Positions 1 through 16,388 are shown, counted from the stretch's first letter. The stretch is 64,000 nt of DNA from the human T2T-CHM13v2.0 reference genome, Homo sapiens (GCF_009914755.1 NC_060933.1), one strand, 5' to 3'. A program made the numbers and translations. The notes: generated from the sequence alone by a model not told the origin.

Positions 1-1039
1 CCTGCATCACCATGGCCCTGGTGGCGGGTCTCAGGAGGGAGCGGGGCCTTTTGGATCCTGTCACTCAGCAGCCTCTTCCAAAGCCCACAGAGCCGTGGGC
101 TCCACAGGCGCCCCGAGTACCGTCCTCGATGAGATCTGCGGATTAGATCTGGAGCCTGTGCCCAGCTGTGTGTGCACTGTTTGCTTAAGGGGGTGAGCTG
201 CCCTGGTCTGAGTCAGTTTTTCCATTTTAGCGGGAAGGAAAGAGTGATAGGGGAGGATTATCGCCAGGTAGGTGCTGCCTGTTTAGTTTCAGCCGACACA
301 CGGCCAAGGAGAAATGGGGCCCAGCAAGCCAGATGCTATAGCAGATAAGGCGCAGGCGGGCCAGGGGTAGAAATGGACCAGATGTTTCAGGAACTGAGCT
401 GGAATAGCATCACAAAACCCCTCCTGGGTCAGGGACCTGGGCCACGATCCACATCTTTAAACCATCAGCATTTCAGAAAAGAAAAATGCAAACTCTGAGA
501 GAAGCAGTGCCCCAGGCCTGATTTCCAAGTCCACCCTTTATCCTATTAGCAGAACGATGTGTTCTATGTGCCATGAGAGTCCTCAGGTTTGCCAAGGACC
601 AGGCTCAAAAGAGTTTTACTCTTGGTTTTCACTTAAAATGGACCATGAGTCCTAAAGAATTGTCAAAGTCCTCTGAAGATTCGCTACCTGGGTAACTCAC
701 CTACGCCTACTGTATGCCCCAGACAGATTCTATTAGGAAAAGTTAGGAAGTTTCAATTTATTAGAAACCAGTGGAATAGAGATGCTGCTGCATATGTGGT
801 CTTAGGCATTTCTAGTTTCAGGTCACCTCAGTAGCCAGAATTCACTGTAAACAGTGGTAACCCAAAGCCCTAGTTCATGCTCATGACATCAAAGCCTCGA
901 ACTTCAGTGTCTAGCTAGAGACCAGTGGTGGGAGTGGTGCCCCTGGAGGTTAAGGAGGGTATTGCATCCCAGCTCTACTAGACATTGTGAAAACCTAGGC
1001 TTGGCCTGGGTTGTACTAGAGTACTCATGGTGCGACCTC

Positions 1040-1250
1040 AAAACCATAACTTTCTTCTGTGCCTCAGTTTCTTCATGTGTAAAATGGAGCTGATGATGTC
1101 TCTCTACCTCATAGATTTGTGGTGAGCATCTAAGGAGGCACAGTTTAGATCTCTATAGAAACAGGCAAGGTCTCTTTGAGTTCTTCTTGCATCTCAGAGT
1201 GCCTGCCACTGTGAGGTGCTCAGTGAATGGTCACTGGGTTGAATTGTGAG
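1040..1250 (+). mobile_element. MIR fragment followed by an L2 3'-end fragment
   Basis: MIR core ctgtgcctcagtttcttcatgtgtaaaatggag; L2-like terminus gtgctcagtgaatggtcactgggttgaat. Confidence 0.55.
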
Positions 1251-2489
1251 TGCTTTGTAAACTCAGAGGGTGCTGACCAGCCCAGAGAATTGCTATGTTT
1301 TGAAGTAGCTCTCTGAAGTGGGGTGGAGAGCAGATGTTAGAAGCTGTGAACCATGCACCTGGGTTCTTTTAGGGGAGGATGGAAGGTACCAGAAGAGTGA
1401 TCTCAGCTTACCACACCCACCACTGGCTGGCAGAGGTGGGGTATGCTGGGTTTGCTGACCCCAAAGAGGCTGGGTGGGAGAGGAAGCCGAGAGTTGCCTA
1501 GGGTGGCCTGGGGAGTTTGGTTGGGGAAGTGTCGGGGACACTATTCTCGGTGCTGCATCCAGGGAAGCTGCCCATCAGCCTTCCTTGGATTGGGATCTTT
1601 GGGATCAGGGATTCACTAATTGTCCCACATCTGACATTAATCTGGGCTCAGCCATGTGTTGCTGAGCTTCACACAGCTGTTTGCACCACCCCAGATCTTT
1701 CAAGGGGTCCCCAAGCAGATGACCAGTTTGCAGCAGGGCGTGTGTGTGAGGTACAGGAGCCTCCAGTCCTGTGGGCAGATGCTGACGGATGGGCTGATGG
1801 CTCCCAGCACCAACTGCTTTCTGTCGGTGACTTTCACTCCACCCACCAGTCCTGTGAGGTCAGTACGGTTCTCCTGACTCTGTGAGGACGTGCCCAGTTG
1901 ACTTGGCCAATAGGGAGCAGAGCTGAGACTTGGTGGCTCTCTTAGACGCCAGTGTCCCCTCTGTGCTGCACCCATACCCCCCTCCCCATGCAACCCTGCC
2001 CAGCCCACTGCATCTTCCTGAGAGTTTTCCCAGATGTCACCCAGCACCTTCTTAGCTGTAATCTCTCCAGGCCCTTTCAACCTAAATGTCTTTAATTCTG
2101 GGATCAATCATCTCACCCTATAAATGACTCCCAGGAGCTCTTCCAGCTGTGCTCCAGAATTCCTTAAGCAGTGCCAACCTCGCTGTTCCTCCGACCGCTT
2201 CTTCCCTTTCCAGCCCTTCCCTCCAGCGGCTTCTGTTCTCTAGGATGCTAAGGCGAGTCCCAGGATGGCATTCAACTGGACACGGATGCCAGTGTTGTGA
2301 GTGCTCCATGCTGAAAGCCGCCTTCTCTGGGGCGGTTACTCACGCAGAGGCGGGAACCTGACTCTGTGCCTGTCTGTTGGCTTCCGTAATCCAGCCCTCC
2401 CTGTGCTGAGTTTAAGCCCAAATGAAATTACTGGGCTCTAAGTATGTGCCTTTCTCCATAAAATGTGATGCCTGGTCAATATCTTGGCC

Positions 2490-2509
2490 AAAAAAAAAAA
2501 AAAAAAAAA
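2490..2509 (+). repeat. A20 mononucleotide tract with no associated Alu
   Basis: Run of 20 A read directly. Confidence 0.9.
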
Positions 2510-4459
2510 TTCCTCTGAAGGAGGGTAGTCTGGTCTCTTTCTAGTCACTTGTGAAAATATTTCCTGATCTGATCTCTGCAGTCGTGTACGCGGCCAGCAC
2601 ATAACTGCCCCCAGGCAGGGCCCTGACTTCCAGGCCGCTCAGGGCAGCTACCCTCCCTGGGATATGTCAAGCTGAGGGCTTCGCACATTCTTCTCTGACA
2701 ACTCAGCTGGTTTCCAGCCCAGTCCGGCTGCCTCCTTCTTTTCCACTTTGACTTTCCTAACAGCCTGGGAAGCTCTGAAGCCTGTGTTTTCAGGCCTGCC
2801 GGTGCCAGTGGAGCTGGCCTAGGCCTCCCCAGCACCCTTCCTGACCCCTACGTAGATGCCCAGTGCTGCCTGCCAAGGACTTTGAATCTCTCCAGTGGGG
2901 ACATTCCGCGCTCCTTGGGTGATGGGAGGCTGAGGGTAGAAGTGAGGGTTGATTTAAGAGAGCAGCCCAGATGGAAGGGCCTCTGGGGGTTGTTCTCCAC
3001 CCTCATGCTCTGCAGCCCATATCTCTCCTCTGATCTCTCTCCCGGCCTCAGCTTTCACAGCTCTAGAGTGAGGTGGGGACGTGGACGGCTGCCAGCTTGG
3101 ATGGGGACGGGCTAACTCGCATGAAACCCTCTGGGCTGCAAAGCGATGCTCTGAATCTGTTGTTAATTACATCTTCCTCCGGCCGCAAGTTCTGCACCAG
3201 AGTTGGTCACTCTAAACCTGGGGCTGTTAGCTATAGTAGAACCTCATCTGCCTCGTTAGCAGAGACCGATGAGTGTTTGCTGCACAGCTACTGCCTGCTC
3301 TGTGAGCCTCCATGTTTGGAAATTTACTAAAAATACTGCCTTTGCATTCAACTCGCCACACATTTCTGTGAGCATGTACGATGTCAAAGGCCCTGTGGGT
3401 GGCTTTGCTGAGGGGGTGGTTGAAGAGACCATGTTCTCAAAATGAAGTTCGACGTTTCCTGAACAACTGTTCTCTGCACGTTGCTGTGCTGGGTGCATCC
3501 ATCGGACGCAGCCCCTATCTGGAAGGAGGGCCGTGTGGGCCAAGAAAGAAGAGAGGATGCCTGGCCTGACCTGGGCTGGCCCTGAGGCTTTGAACACCTG
3601 GGCTCCTCATCCTGGAGTCAGTGTGTGGTGGCCGGGGGCCTGTCCCAGAACGTAGCACACTTCTCCTCTCTGCTGTCCCCATACTGTCCTGATAGCCTAA
3701 GAGGGTGAAGGGCTGGGGCTGGGGGAGGGAGTGTGGCCCAGGTGTTCAGAGGCCTCGGGAGTCTGCTGGGGAGGTGCAAGGAGGCCGCCCTGGCCAACCT
3801 GGCAGGGCTGGGAGGCCATGGGCACTTGAGGGGGGAGGATAAATGTCACTTGAGCATTTTCCTCCTCCTCCAGTTCCTTCTTTAATATCTATTTTTAATG
3901 AAAATAATACATTTCATTATAGTCATTTTGGAAAACACCAAAAAGTATAAAGAAGAAAATAAAAATGACTGTAAACCCAGATTCTCCCAAACCCAGATTA
4001 TGAATACAGAGAAGAAAGTACAGAGGGAAATGCGTTGTGGTGGCGGATGGGGAACGCCTAGACCATCCCTAGGCCTCTGCCCTGAGGACTTGGACTTGGA
4101 CTTTGTCATGCCACATTAGAGTGCAGGCATTCTCTTTCATTCACGACAGCTGTCAAAAGTCTAATTTAAAGTGTCGCCTATTGGATATTGGGGTGGCTCC
4201 CCCTTTTTGATACTGCAAGGGCAGGGGTGTTGAGGAAGCTTGCTGTGGCGGGTCACCAGAGCTGCCACCACCGGAGGGTGCTAGAGGCCTTCTTGGGCTC
4301 TCCAGGGGGAAGGGAACATCTTGGGGGTGCTGGGCAAGCAGCAGACCCCCTGCCCACCCTCGGGAATCAGTCAGCTGGTGGGAAGGCAGAGCTTTTGCCC
4401 TTTAAAGCCAGGGCACTGGCAGAAATGTAGGGTTTGGTAAAGACAGCCTGTCATGTTGG

Positions 4460-5890
<1,431 letters not shown>

Positions 5891-6114
5891 GTGTGTAGTT
5901 TCTGTAGAGTGGACGGCTGGGTGCACAGGCTGCAGGTCTCTCCTGAATCTTTTGAAAGGGGTTGAATGCGTTGTTGTTCAGCAGGTGGGTCTTTGGAAGG
6001 TGGACAGTTGTGTGTGCACAACACAGAGCAGGGACAGGGACGTGGGGCTGGCGGCTCTGGGAGCTGAGAACCTTTCCAGCAAGCAAGCAGCTGGCCTTTG
6101 GCTGAAATGACTTA

Positions 6115-6516
<402 letters not shown>

Positions 6517-8887
6517 TCACTCAGTAATGCTCCGAAAATAGGAGTGTGCCCCTGTAGATGCTCAGAACTGAAACTGTCGTTGCCATCCTTCATCCACTCA
6601 TTTTACAGGTGGGGAACCTGAGGCTGGTACCTACCTCTCCTGGTGTCACTTAGTAAACTGGGGGCAGAGAAACTGGCACGGGGTCCCTGGGCTCAGCACA
6701 GGCTCCTGGGGCCATTCTGCTCAGGCCCATGGCCTTCTTCTCTGGAGAGTGGCTTTTGGCCTCAGGCGAGTCTGTCCAGAAAGGAGAATTCTCTTCTTGG
6801 GGAGGCTCTGGGCCTTGGGTGTCAGTGGGCATGAGCAGGCTTCAGGGGACTCGTTCTCAAAGGCACACAGGTTGGGCTGGCCAGGGACAGTCCCAGCCTG
6901 GCATGCGTCTTCCTCTTCTCTCTCCTGGATGACTGAGAGCTCGTGAAGGTCAAGGCCTTTGCCTCTCTTGTTTGGCCTCAGGGTGGGGTAAGCTAGTTTG
7001 TCCTTTCTCTACCAGGGGGCTCCCTCACTGGGGGTGCCTGGAGGATGGAGTGTGGCTAGCCCATCGTGACCCTTTTCTTCTGCCAGCGGGTATGGGGACA
7101 CAAACCTGGGCTGGCCTTGATTCAGCACTGAGTCTGTGAGATTTGGGGGAGTAGACTCTTTGGGACTCAGTTTCTTCACCTGTGCGATAGGGTAAAACAT
7201 TTTGGTCCTTCATTAAATTCACTATTTTCTTCTTTCACGGTATACATGTTGAGCTGCCTTTGCAAAATAACTCACATCTCCTCGAGGATGGGGATGACAT
7301 GACCCCAGTGCTGATGACAGGGTGATGACACATAACCATTTTTTGATTACTTCCTGTGGGTCTGGCATTGATCTCTAGACATTATGTTTCAGTCATCGGG
7401 CATAATGACGAGCTTGTTTTAGAAAAGAGGAACATGAAGGAAATTGCCAGGAACCATACGACTGAGAGCTGGGACCTTGGATCTAGCTGCTTATGGTGAC
7501 TTTCCCAGCACAGAACTTCTGTGGGCTCAGTGCCTGTCCTGTTATTTGATGTTCACCCGTGGAATGGATGCACACACATTGTACCTTATTCACAATTGGC
7601 AGCATCCTGGCCATGCATGGCACCTGTCCCTAGCCTATCTGGTGGGCACTGGAGGTTTGGAAATGCCTCCAGGCCCTCTCAGGATCAGTGGCTGTGGAAC
7701 GCTGACCACCAGGGCCTTCTTCAGGGAGTCAGAGGGACAAAGGATGTGACAGCATTTGCAGTGGGATGGGCTCTGTTTGGTCACTGGTGCTCAGCAGTTG
7801 ATGGCTTGGAAGTGGTGTGGCCGGTGACCTCCAGCCCTGCCAGCACCACCCCACACCCTGGTGCTCACTTGTCACTCATAACTGCACCATCTCCATGCAC
7901 TGCCCCACTAGGGCCTCACCTTGGTGTCCAGCAGCAGGGCCACCTGCTGTCGCTAGGCTTATCTCTTTCCACATCACAGGTATCCTTGCAGTCTTCCTTT
8001 CTGGCTGATTCTCTGCTTAGAGGTGCCCCACCTCCCAGGAAGCCAGCCCAGACACAAGATTTGAAGGTCCTTCACCTGGAAGTCCTCAGGCACAGACAGT
8101 CATGGGAGGGGGTGACAAGTGCCTGACTCTAGGACAGGGGGCTCTGTGGAGCAATAGGGATCCGTTCATCCTAGAAAAGGAGCTGAAATCCCTCACTTCC
8201 TAGGGCGTTTTGTGTCTTGTTTCTATGCAGTCCCTGCTGGAACATGACATTTCCCCCAAACTTCAGCCTCTGCTCTTCCTACCAGGTAGGCTGAGCTGGT
8301 CTGTTGTGTTGGAACACAGAGCTGTGAGGGGTGGGAAGGAGTTGAGACCTGCTCATCCACCTTTTCAGCTGACAGTGTTGTGGATGTACCAGGCACTTTG
8401 GGTCAGTCATAGCCCCAAATGTCAGAAGCAAAAAGGTGAAGTGTGGTCCCTGCTCTCGAGTCCTGTGTCCTGCTGGGATTGGACAATCAGAAGATCTTGT
8501 GATCCATGTGGAATTGCTATCCTGTAGGCCAGAATGATCAAACATTGGCCATTTCACATGGTTCAATCTAATGCTATAAGAATAAACACATAGGATGGCC
8601 ACTGATCCAGCATGAGGCTTAAGGAGCCCTTTCAGAGGTAGCAATGTCTAAGATGAGGTCTAGGAGATGAATAGGAATTCACCAAGAGTGGGAGTCGGGG
8701 GAAGAGGAGGATTCCAGGTCTGAGGAACAGAATGTGCAAACGCCTGATCACTGTGTGATCTTGGTCTTTGCGTGAGGCATTTAGCTTGGCTATCACTCAA
8801 CACCAGGTAGGGTAGCAGGAGAGAACAGCAAGAAATTGGGTGCCTTAAATTTAGTTTAAATCAGCAAAGGTGTATTGGTGTCTTTAC

Positions 8888-9785
8888 CCACCCATTCATC
8901 CATCAATGCATCCATCCATCCATCTATCTACTTGTCCATCCATACCATTAATCTACCCATATATCCATGTATATACCAACCCATCCATCTAAACTATAAA
9001 TCCATCCAATCAGACACCCACTCACCCATCCATCCAACTGTTCTTCCATCCGTTCACCTGTGCATCCATATCATTAATCTACCCATCCATCTGTCCACCC
9101 ATTTGTCCATACTCCATGTGTCCATATACTCATGTACCCATTCACTGTTCATCCACCTGTCCACCCACCTATTCATTCAACCAACCATCCAACTGTCCTT
9201 CCATCTATGTATCCATTCATCCATCCATCTACCCATTCATCCATCAATCCATCCATCCATCCTTCTGCCCATCCAATCATCCATCCTTCCACCCACCCAC
9301 CCATCCATCCATCCATCCATCCATCCATCCATCCATCCATCCACCCACCCACCCACTCACCCAACCATCCATCCCATTTATCCATTTACTCACCTATCCA
9401 TTCATCTACTCATCCTTCCATCCATCCATCCACCCATCCTTTCACCCATTGATCCAGACCATATATCTATTCAATCACCCACCCATCCACCCTCCCTTCC
9501 ACCTACTCTTCCTTCCTTCCCTCCCTCCTTTTCCCTTTCACTTTTCCTTTCCCTTTCCCTTTCCTTTTCCCTTCCCTTCCCTTCCCTTTCCTTCCCTTCC
9601 CTTCCCTTCCCTTCCCTTCCCTTCCCTTCCCTTCCCTTCCCTTCCCTTCCCTCCCCTCCCCTCCCCTCCCCTTCCCTTCTCCTTCCTTCCTTCCTTCCTT
9701 CTTTCCATCCCTTCTTCCATCCATTCATCTACACATCCATTCATCCATCCATCCACTTATCCACCCATCCATTCATCTGTCCATG
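8888..9785 (+). repeat. Compound simple repeat: degenerate (TCCA)n with an embedded (CTTCC)n polypyrimidine tract (~9490-9715)
   Basis: Read directly; perfect (CTTCC)12 at 9591-9650. Confidence 0.95.
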
Positions 9786-12700
9786 ATTTTGTCATAGCAC
9801 TGGGCTGCCTCCTCTACCATAGCGATTGGCATTTTTGTGTTAGGGTGGTTTACGACCATCTCAGACTTCCACTGTCTACACTAGGCGGCCAGGAGTGGCT
9901 AACTTACTAGTTTCTGCAGTGCTTTGAATGGTACCAGATACAACTAGATTCTCAAGCTGTTTTGTTGGCTTGAACTGAGAGACAAGAGAAATCCAGTTGC
10001 AGCAGCAGCCGACGGTACAGTCAGAATCATCATGAGGTGCTGAGTGCTTTTTAAGAGTTATGAGAGGAGGCAGCCTACCACGCCGGAGGAAGTGGGGATG
10101 TGGAAGTAACCCTGGCTCTCCGCAGAGGTGGGGTGTGGATGGGAGGGGAGAAGTGAGGAGAGCATTCCTGTTGACAGTAAGACATAAGACAACTCCATGG
10201 TGGGAACTGAGAACTGGGAATTTAAAGTCCACATGTTCCTGGATATTGGCTTATAGATTCAGAGACGCAACTCATTCTCCAAATAACTTTGTTAACTTTT
10301 CTTGACTCTAAAAGGAACGCATACTCATTATAGTACATTTGGGAAATATCAAAATGACTTTATTTTCCTTTCCTCACATTTTTTCTTTGCATGGTTGAAC
10401 TCATGTGCAGAAACGGTGTTGTGCCCTGCACTTAGACACAGAGATTTTCTGATGTCATTATCAGCTCTTTGTAAATATCTCAACGGCTGCTGAACATTCC
10501 ACCGCATGTTTGTATCATAGTTTTCTTAACTGTTCCTCTCATGTTGGGTTTGGGTTGTTTCCAATCGTTTGCTGTTATAAATGACACTTGGATGAACATC
10601 TTTCTGATAAATCCTTTCTGTCTCTCTGATTATTTCCTTAGGGCGGATTCTTAGACATTGACTCACTGCATCCAAGCATAGGGACATTTTAAAGCCTTTT
10701 TATTGCAGAATTACATTCCAACCAACAGGCAGTTGTCACCTGAGCAACTGTGCCCCAGGCAGTGTTATCCTTAGGTGTTAAACCCAGGTGGACCCCATGT
10801 CCGAGAACTGGGGCTGCTCACCCATGCTAAGCCAGTTACTTCCCCCTCTCTGCTCCTAGAGAGGCAGTGGGGAGCTGTGATTTAATGCTTGGGCCCTGGT
10901 GTGATTGTTTCCTGGGCCTGTGGCACGTCTTGGAGACCCTTTTAGGCAAGCCCCCGGGTCGTTGTCTGGAGGATGGAGCAGCACTTCCTGCTCCACAGGC
11001 TGTCCCGAGAAGCTGAATTACTCTTAAGAGTGGAAACTCACATGCATGTAGAGCTTTAGACCTCTCCTCCCATTGAGTCAGAAAATGTAAGGGAATCTTC
11101 TAGAACCCAGCAGACATTCACTAGATGCTCATTACTTTCCCCTCCTTCCCTCCCTTTCTCTGGCCATCTGTGTGCTGAGTCCCCACTGCGGTGATGGAGT
11201 GGACAGCTCTGTCTGTGTGGGGGTTCTGCTGACTTGCGGGTCTTCTCCCCACCTGGTGGCTGCACTAAACGCATGTGCCTGGGCCTGCCTTCCACACTGA
11301 AATACCACAAGGCCGGGAGGGAGCTGATGTCTGGAGGTGGCTGGTAGAGAGGTGGGCCTGGGCTGCTGTGAGGAGACGTGAAGTCGGGGCCTGCTGCAGC
11401 TTTGGGGCCGCAGCCTGACTCAGTCGTCTGGGGCAGCAGGTTGGATTCTTGCAGATGGATTTTTTCAGTGTGAAAATGAGCTCCATGTGGCCCCACACAC
11501 TTGTGCTTCACCCACTTCTGGGAGGGCAGACGGAGCTGTTCAGACAGCTCCTGCGCATGAGACACCTGGAGAGCCCCCAGCTGCCCACCGCGGAGGGGAC
11601 CTTGAAGCTTGGCTCCATTAACCCACTGGGTGTGCAGACTCACAGGGGAACGTCAGCTCCAAGTCCTGCCCCCAGTGCACCAATGTGTGGTGCATCCTTT
11701 GTTGCGTCTCTGGGATCTCGCACAGTACAGTTATGTGTTCATTCAGGGCCCATGTAGCTGGTTTTGAGTCCATTTCTAGTGTTTTGAAAACTTGCAAAGC
11801 TCTCGTAATTGAAAAATGCCTCTGGTCCCGGGGAAGTAATGTAAAATATTCCTCCCAAAGGTCACAGTGACCCACCACAATGTTCCTTTACTTGCATCAA
11901 AGAACTGAATAAAATAATTTCAGAGCTGAGTCAGCAGAGCCAGAGAGGAACCCCACTGGGCTCACCCGCAGCTCTAAAGTGGCTCCCCTCGGATGGGTGT
12001 GAGGAACCACACATCTGGACGAGTGCGTGAAGGGTTGAGTGGACAGAGAGGGGCTTTCATTTGTAACTGGAAGTGTATTCCTTTTAGCTTCCTCTATCAC
12101 GTTGTCTGTTTTGCAGCATTTAATAGGTGCTAAACCATCTCCCGGGGCCAATTTCCTTGTATTTCTAAATCTGCCCGTTGTAATGAAACCGTAAAGGCAA
12201 GTGCCGTCCGATGCCAGGGCTGGGGAAGAACAATGAGCCAACAGGCGCGTTTGTCTTTTGTCCACATTCCACAGTTTTGTCTGAAAGGGCAAGTGCAAGC
12301 TGCACTTGGGCCTGACCAAGGGCCCTGTGAGGACACTTGGTGTGGGGGGGCCCACTTCAAATGTCACACTCCTGGGAAGTGGAGACATTCCTGAGAAGTG
12401 CAAATGCAGTTTTGTTTTATAAAGGCCAGTTAAAAATTGCCCATTATCAAGGCAAAGGCCAAAGATCCATGACTGTCTTGCAGCTTCAGTTAGATATGGA
12501 GAGATGTTAAATATCTATGTACTTAATTATGTAATGCAATTTCCTGCTAGATGCCAATTGGCATTTATTATTCCATTCATTTGTTATAAAAGCAATATGT
12601 GTCCATGATAGAAGTGTTAAAAGCTACCAAAAAGTATAAAAAAGAAGATGAAAATGAGTCATAATGTCTTATTTGTTTAAACCATTATGATGGTGATGGT

Positions 12701-13754
12701 GATGATTATGATGATGTTAATGATGTTGGTTTCTATTAAGTATAACCAAACACATTACTAAAGGAACATTTTGATGTATTTACTTTCTACTATTTGTTCC
12801 ATGCCTGTATTTGCAAAATTGGGATTACATACTACTTTGTAGTAGTTTTAAACTTAAAACATGATGAGCAAATCTCAATAAATTAGGAATAAAAGAGAAG
12901 CCCCTCAATTTGATAAAGGACATTCATGTAAAATCCACATACTAAATGCTTTCACCCTAAGATCAGGAACAAGGCAGGAACGTCTGCTCGTATCACACCT
13001 ATTAACATTGTATGGAGATCCTAGCTGGTGAAATAAGGTAAGAAAATAAAATAAGAGGCATATTGATTGGAAAGGATGAAGTAAAACTGTCTTTATTTGC
13101 AGATCACATTAGTGACTATGTGAAAAAAATTCTAAGGAATCTACAAAATAACTTCTAGAACTAAAAAGTTTAGCATGGCGACAGAATACAAAGTCAATTT
13201 ACAAAAATTCATTGTATTTCTAGATACTAGCAATGAACAGTTAGAAACAGGAATTTAAAAAGCTGTTACAACAATATTAAAAATATAAAATACTTAGAGA
13301 TATATCTAATGAAAATATGCATGACTTATTCACTGATGATTACAAAATATTGCATAGATAAATCAACGAAGATCTTAAGATTTAAATGCAAAGATACACC
13401 ATTCTCATGGACCAGAAGACTCAATATTGTTAAGATATTATTCCACCTCGACTTGATCTATAGATTCAATTCAATGTCAATTAAAATCCCAGCAGGCTTT
13501 TTAAAAATAGAGATTGATAAGATGATTCTGAAATTTATGTGGGGATGCAAAGGACCTAATATAACCAAAACAATTTTGAAAAAGAAGAACATCGGAGGGC
13601 TTATGCTTTGTGATTTTGAGACTTGCTCTAAAGCTATAGTGATGAAGACAGTGTAGTGTTGACAGAAAGACATATAGACCAATGGAATAGAATCAAGTCC
13701 AGAAATAGACTCACATGTAAATAATCTTTTGGTTTTCCATAAAAGTGCTAAGAT

Positions 13755-13835
13755 GCTGCAGTGAGCCGAGATCACGCCACTGCACTCCAGCCTGGGCAAT
13801 ATGGCGAGACTCCATCTCAAAAAAAAAAAAAAAAA
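13755..13835 (+). mobile_element. Severely 5'-truncated Alu (~65 bp plus poly-A) inserted in the L1
   Basis: gcagtgagccgagatcacgccactgcactccagcctggg...A-tail; TSD TGCTAAGAT on both sides. Confidence 0.9.
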
Positions 13836-14963
13836 TGCTAAGATACAATGGTGCTGAAACAACTGGATATCTATTTGCAATAGAATAAGCCATGACCCTT
13901 ACCTCAAATAATATACAAAAATTAAGATGGGTCATGTATTTAAAGGTAAGATTTAAAACTTTTATAAAGCATAAGACAAAAGAGAAAATCTTGAGTTTTT
14001 TTACCTTGAGTTAGGCAAAGATTTCTTAGATAGGAAACAAAACTATGAGCCATTAAAAGATTAAAAAGCTGATAAATCAGACTTTATTAAAACAACACCT
14101 TATACTTTTCAAAAGACACTGTTGGAAAATGGAAAGGTAATAAGATTGGAAGAAAATGTTTATAAAACACATATCTGATAAAGAACTTATGTCTAAAATG
14201 CATAAAACATGGTCACAACTCCACAGCATGGAGGCAAATGACCCCACTTAAAACTGGGCAGAAGATTCAGACAAATGTTCCACAAAAGAAGACAGAGGCG
14301 TGCCAACATGCATCTGAAAAGATGTTTGTCAGGGTTAGTCATTGGAGAAATACAACTTAAAACCATAAGGACATACTGCAAAAGTGTGAGTGAGGATGTG
14401 GAAAAACTATCACCCATTCTTGGTGGGGATGCAAAGGGGTGCAACCACTTTGGAAAACAGTTTGGCTGTGTTTTATAAGATTAGCCCTTCCTTTACCACA
14501 GGACAAAGTAATTCCATGTATAGGCATTCATCCAAGAGAAATGAAACATGCGTCCATACAGAGACATGTATGTGAGCACTCATGTGCTGTGTTATTGCAA
14601 TAGCCTCAAGCAGGGAGCAGCCCAAGTGCCCACCTGGTACGGGGACAAACAAGCGGGAATACTGCTTGGCAACAGAAGGCATGAGTGCCCGAACAGGGTG
14701 GCACGAAAGCACTGTGCTAAGCGAGAGAAGCAGACACGAAAGACGCAGGGGACACGGTTCCATTTATATGACATTTGAGAAAAGGCAGAACTGCAGGGAC
14801 AGAAAAAAGATGAGTGAGGAGAGAGACATAAGGGAACTCCTGGGGGTGATGGACATGTTGTGTATCTTGATAGTGTGTGTGTGTGTTGGATGAGGGTGTG
14901 GAGGGTACAGCACTATCCATTTGTCCAAACTCATTCAACTGCACACTTACAAAGAATGAATTT

Positions 14964-15262
<299 letters not shown>

Positions 15263-15894
15263 TTACTGCATATAAATTATACCTCCATGAACCTGACTTA
15301 AGCCACAAATGCCTTGAGCATTTCCTCACGTTTCAATATTCCCTTATTAATACTAATAATTATTAATAAATGAAATAAATGGTAATATTAATGTAACATT
15401 AAGGCACAGATGAATGGCTATGGTATTCTGTTGGTTGTACAGAGTGTACCGTGATATGTGCAGTCCTCTCCAGTTGGGACATCTGCTTTCTTTCTATGTT
15501 TTTTCAGTATTGCATGTAATTGTTGGGTGAGCGTTTTGATTAAGCATTTGTATTCATCTCAAATTCAGTGTTAAACTCCCATAGGAGCATAAAGAGAATG
15601 AATGTCCCTCAGACTTTCAGTACTAAGTGTCAAACTGTTTCCTGAGAGGTGTCAATTTAGACTCCTGTGGGTACTGAATGAGAATTTGCATCCTTGCCAA
15701 AAATTGGTCACTTAAAAAAAAATTTGTGCCAGTTTGATGGGAGACAAAGTCCTCTTGATTTAATTTGTATTTAGCTACTAGTAACATCGAATGTTATTTA
15801 TTTGTTCCCCCCTTTTTCTAGTTGCAAGAACATCTCCTGTGTATTTCTGTTGTACACATCTTGTTGTTTATTGCCTGTTCTTTTTTGTTGTTGT

Positions 15895-16388
15895 TGTGGT
15901 TCTCTATTGCTGCGGAACAATCACTTCAATACCTGGTGGCTTAATAGCATCCTCTTATTTTGTGTGTGAATCTGCGTTTTGAGCACGGTTTGTTGGGGAC
16001 CCTTTGTGTGCTCCACATGACTTCAGGTTGAGTGGCTTGTTTGGGGCTGGGGGATCCATTTCTAGATGGCTTTTCCACATGTGTGGTGTTGATCCTGGCT
16101 GTTGGCTGAGGGCCTGGGGTTCTCTTCACATGGAGCCCTCCAAGGGGCTGCTTGAGCTTCCCCACAGCATGGTGTCTTGGTCCTAAGAAGGAGCATTCCA
16201 AGAGACATGGGAGTAGAGTCTCCCAGTTTCTTAAAGCCTAGACTTGTGAGCCAGCAGTGTTGCTTCCATCACGATCTATCAGTCAGGTGGCCACAAAGCC
16301 CACCTTGATTTAAGGGAGGGGACATAGACCCCACCCCTTGATGGGCTGTTATGTTAGATACTTTGTGGCCATTTTGAAACTTCCACAC
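15895..16388 (-). mobile_element. MaLR LTR (MLT1F/G-like)
   Basis: Typical MLT1 motifs ctattgctgc..aca, ggcctgggg..tctcttcacatgg, gggctgcttgagcttcc..acagcatgg. Confidence 0.6.
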
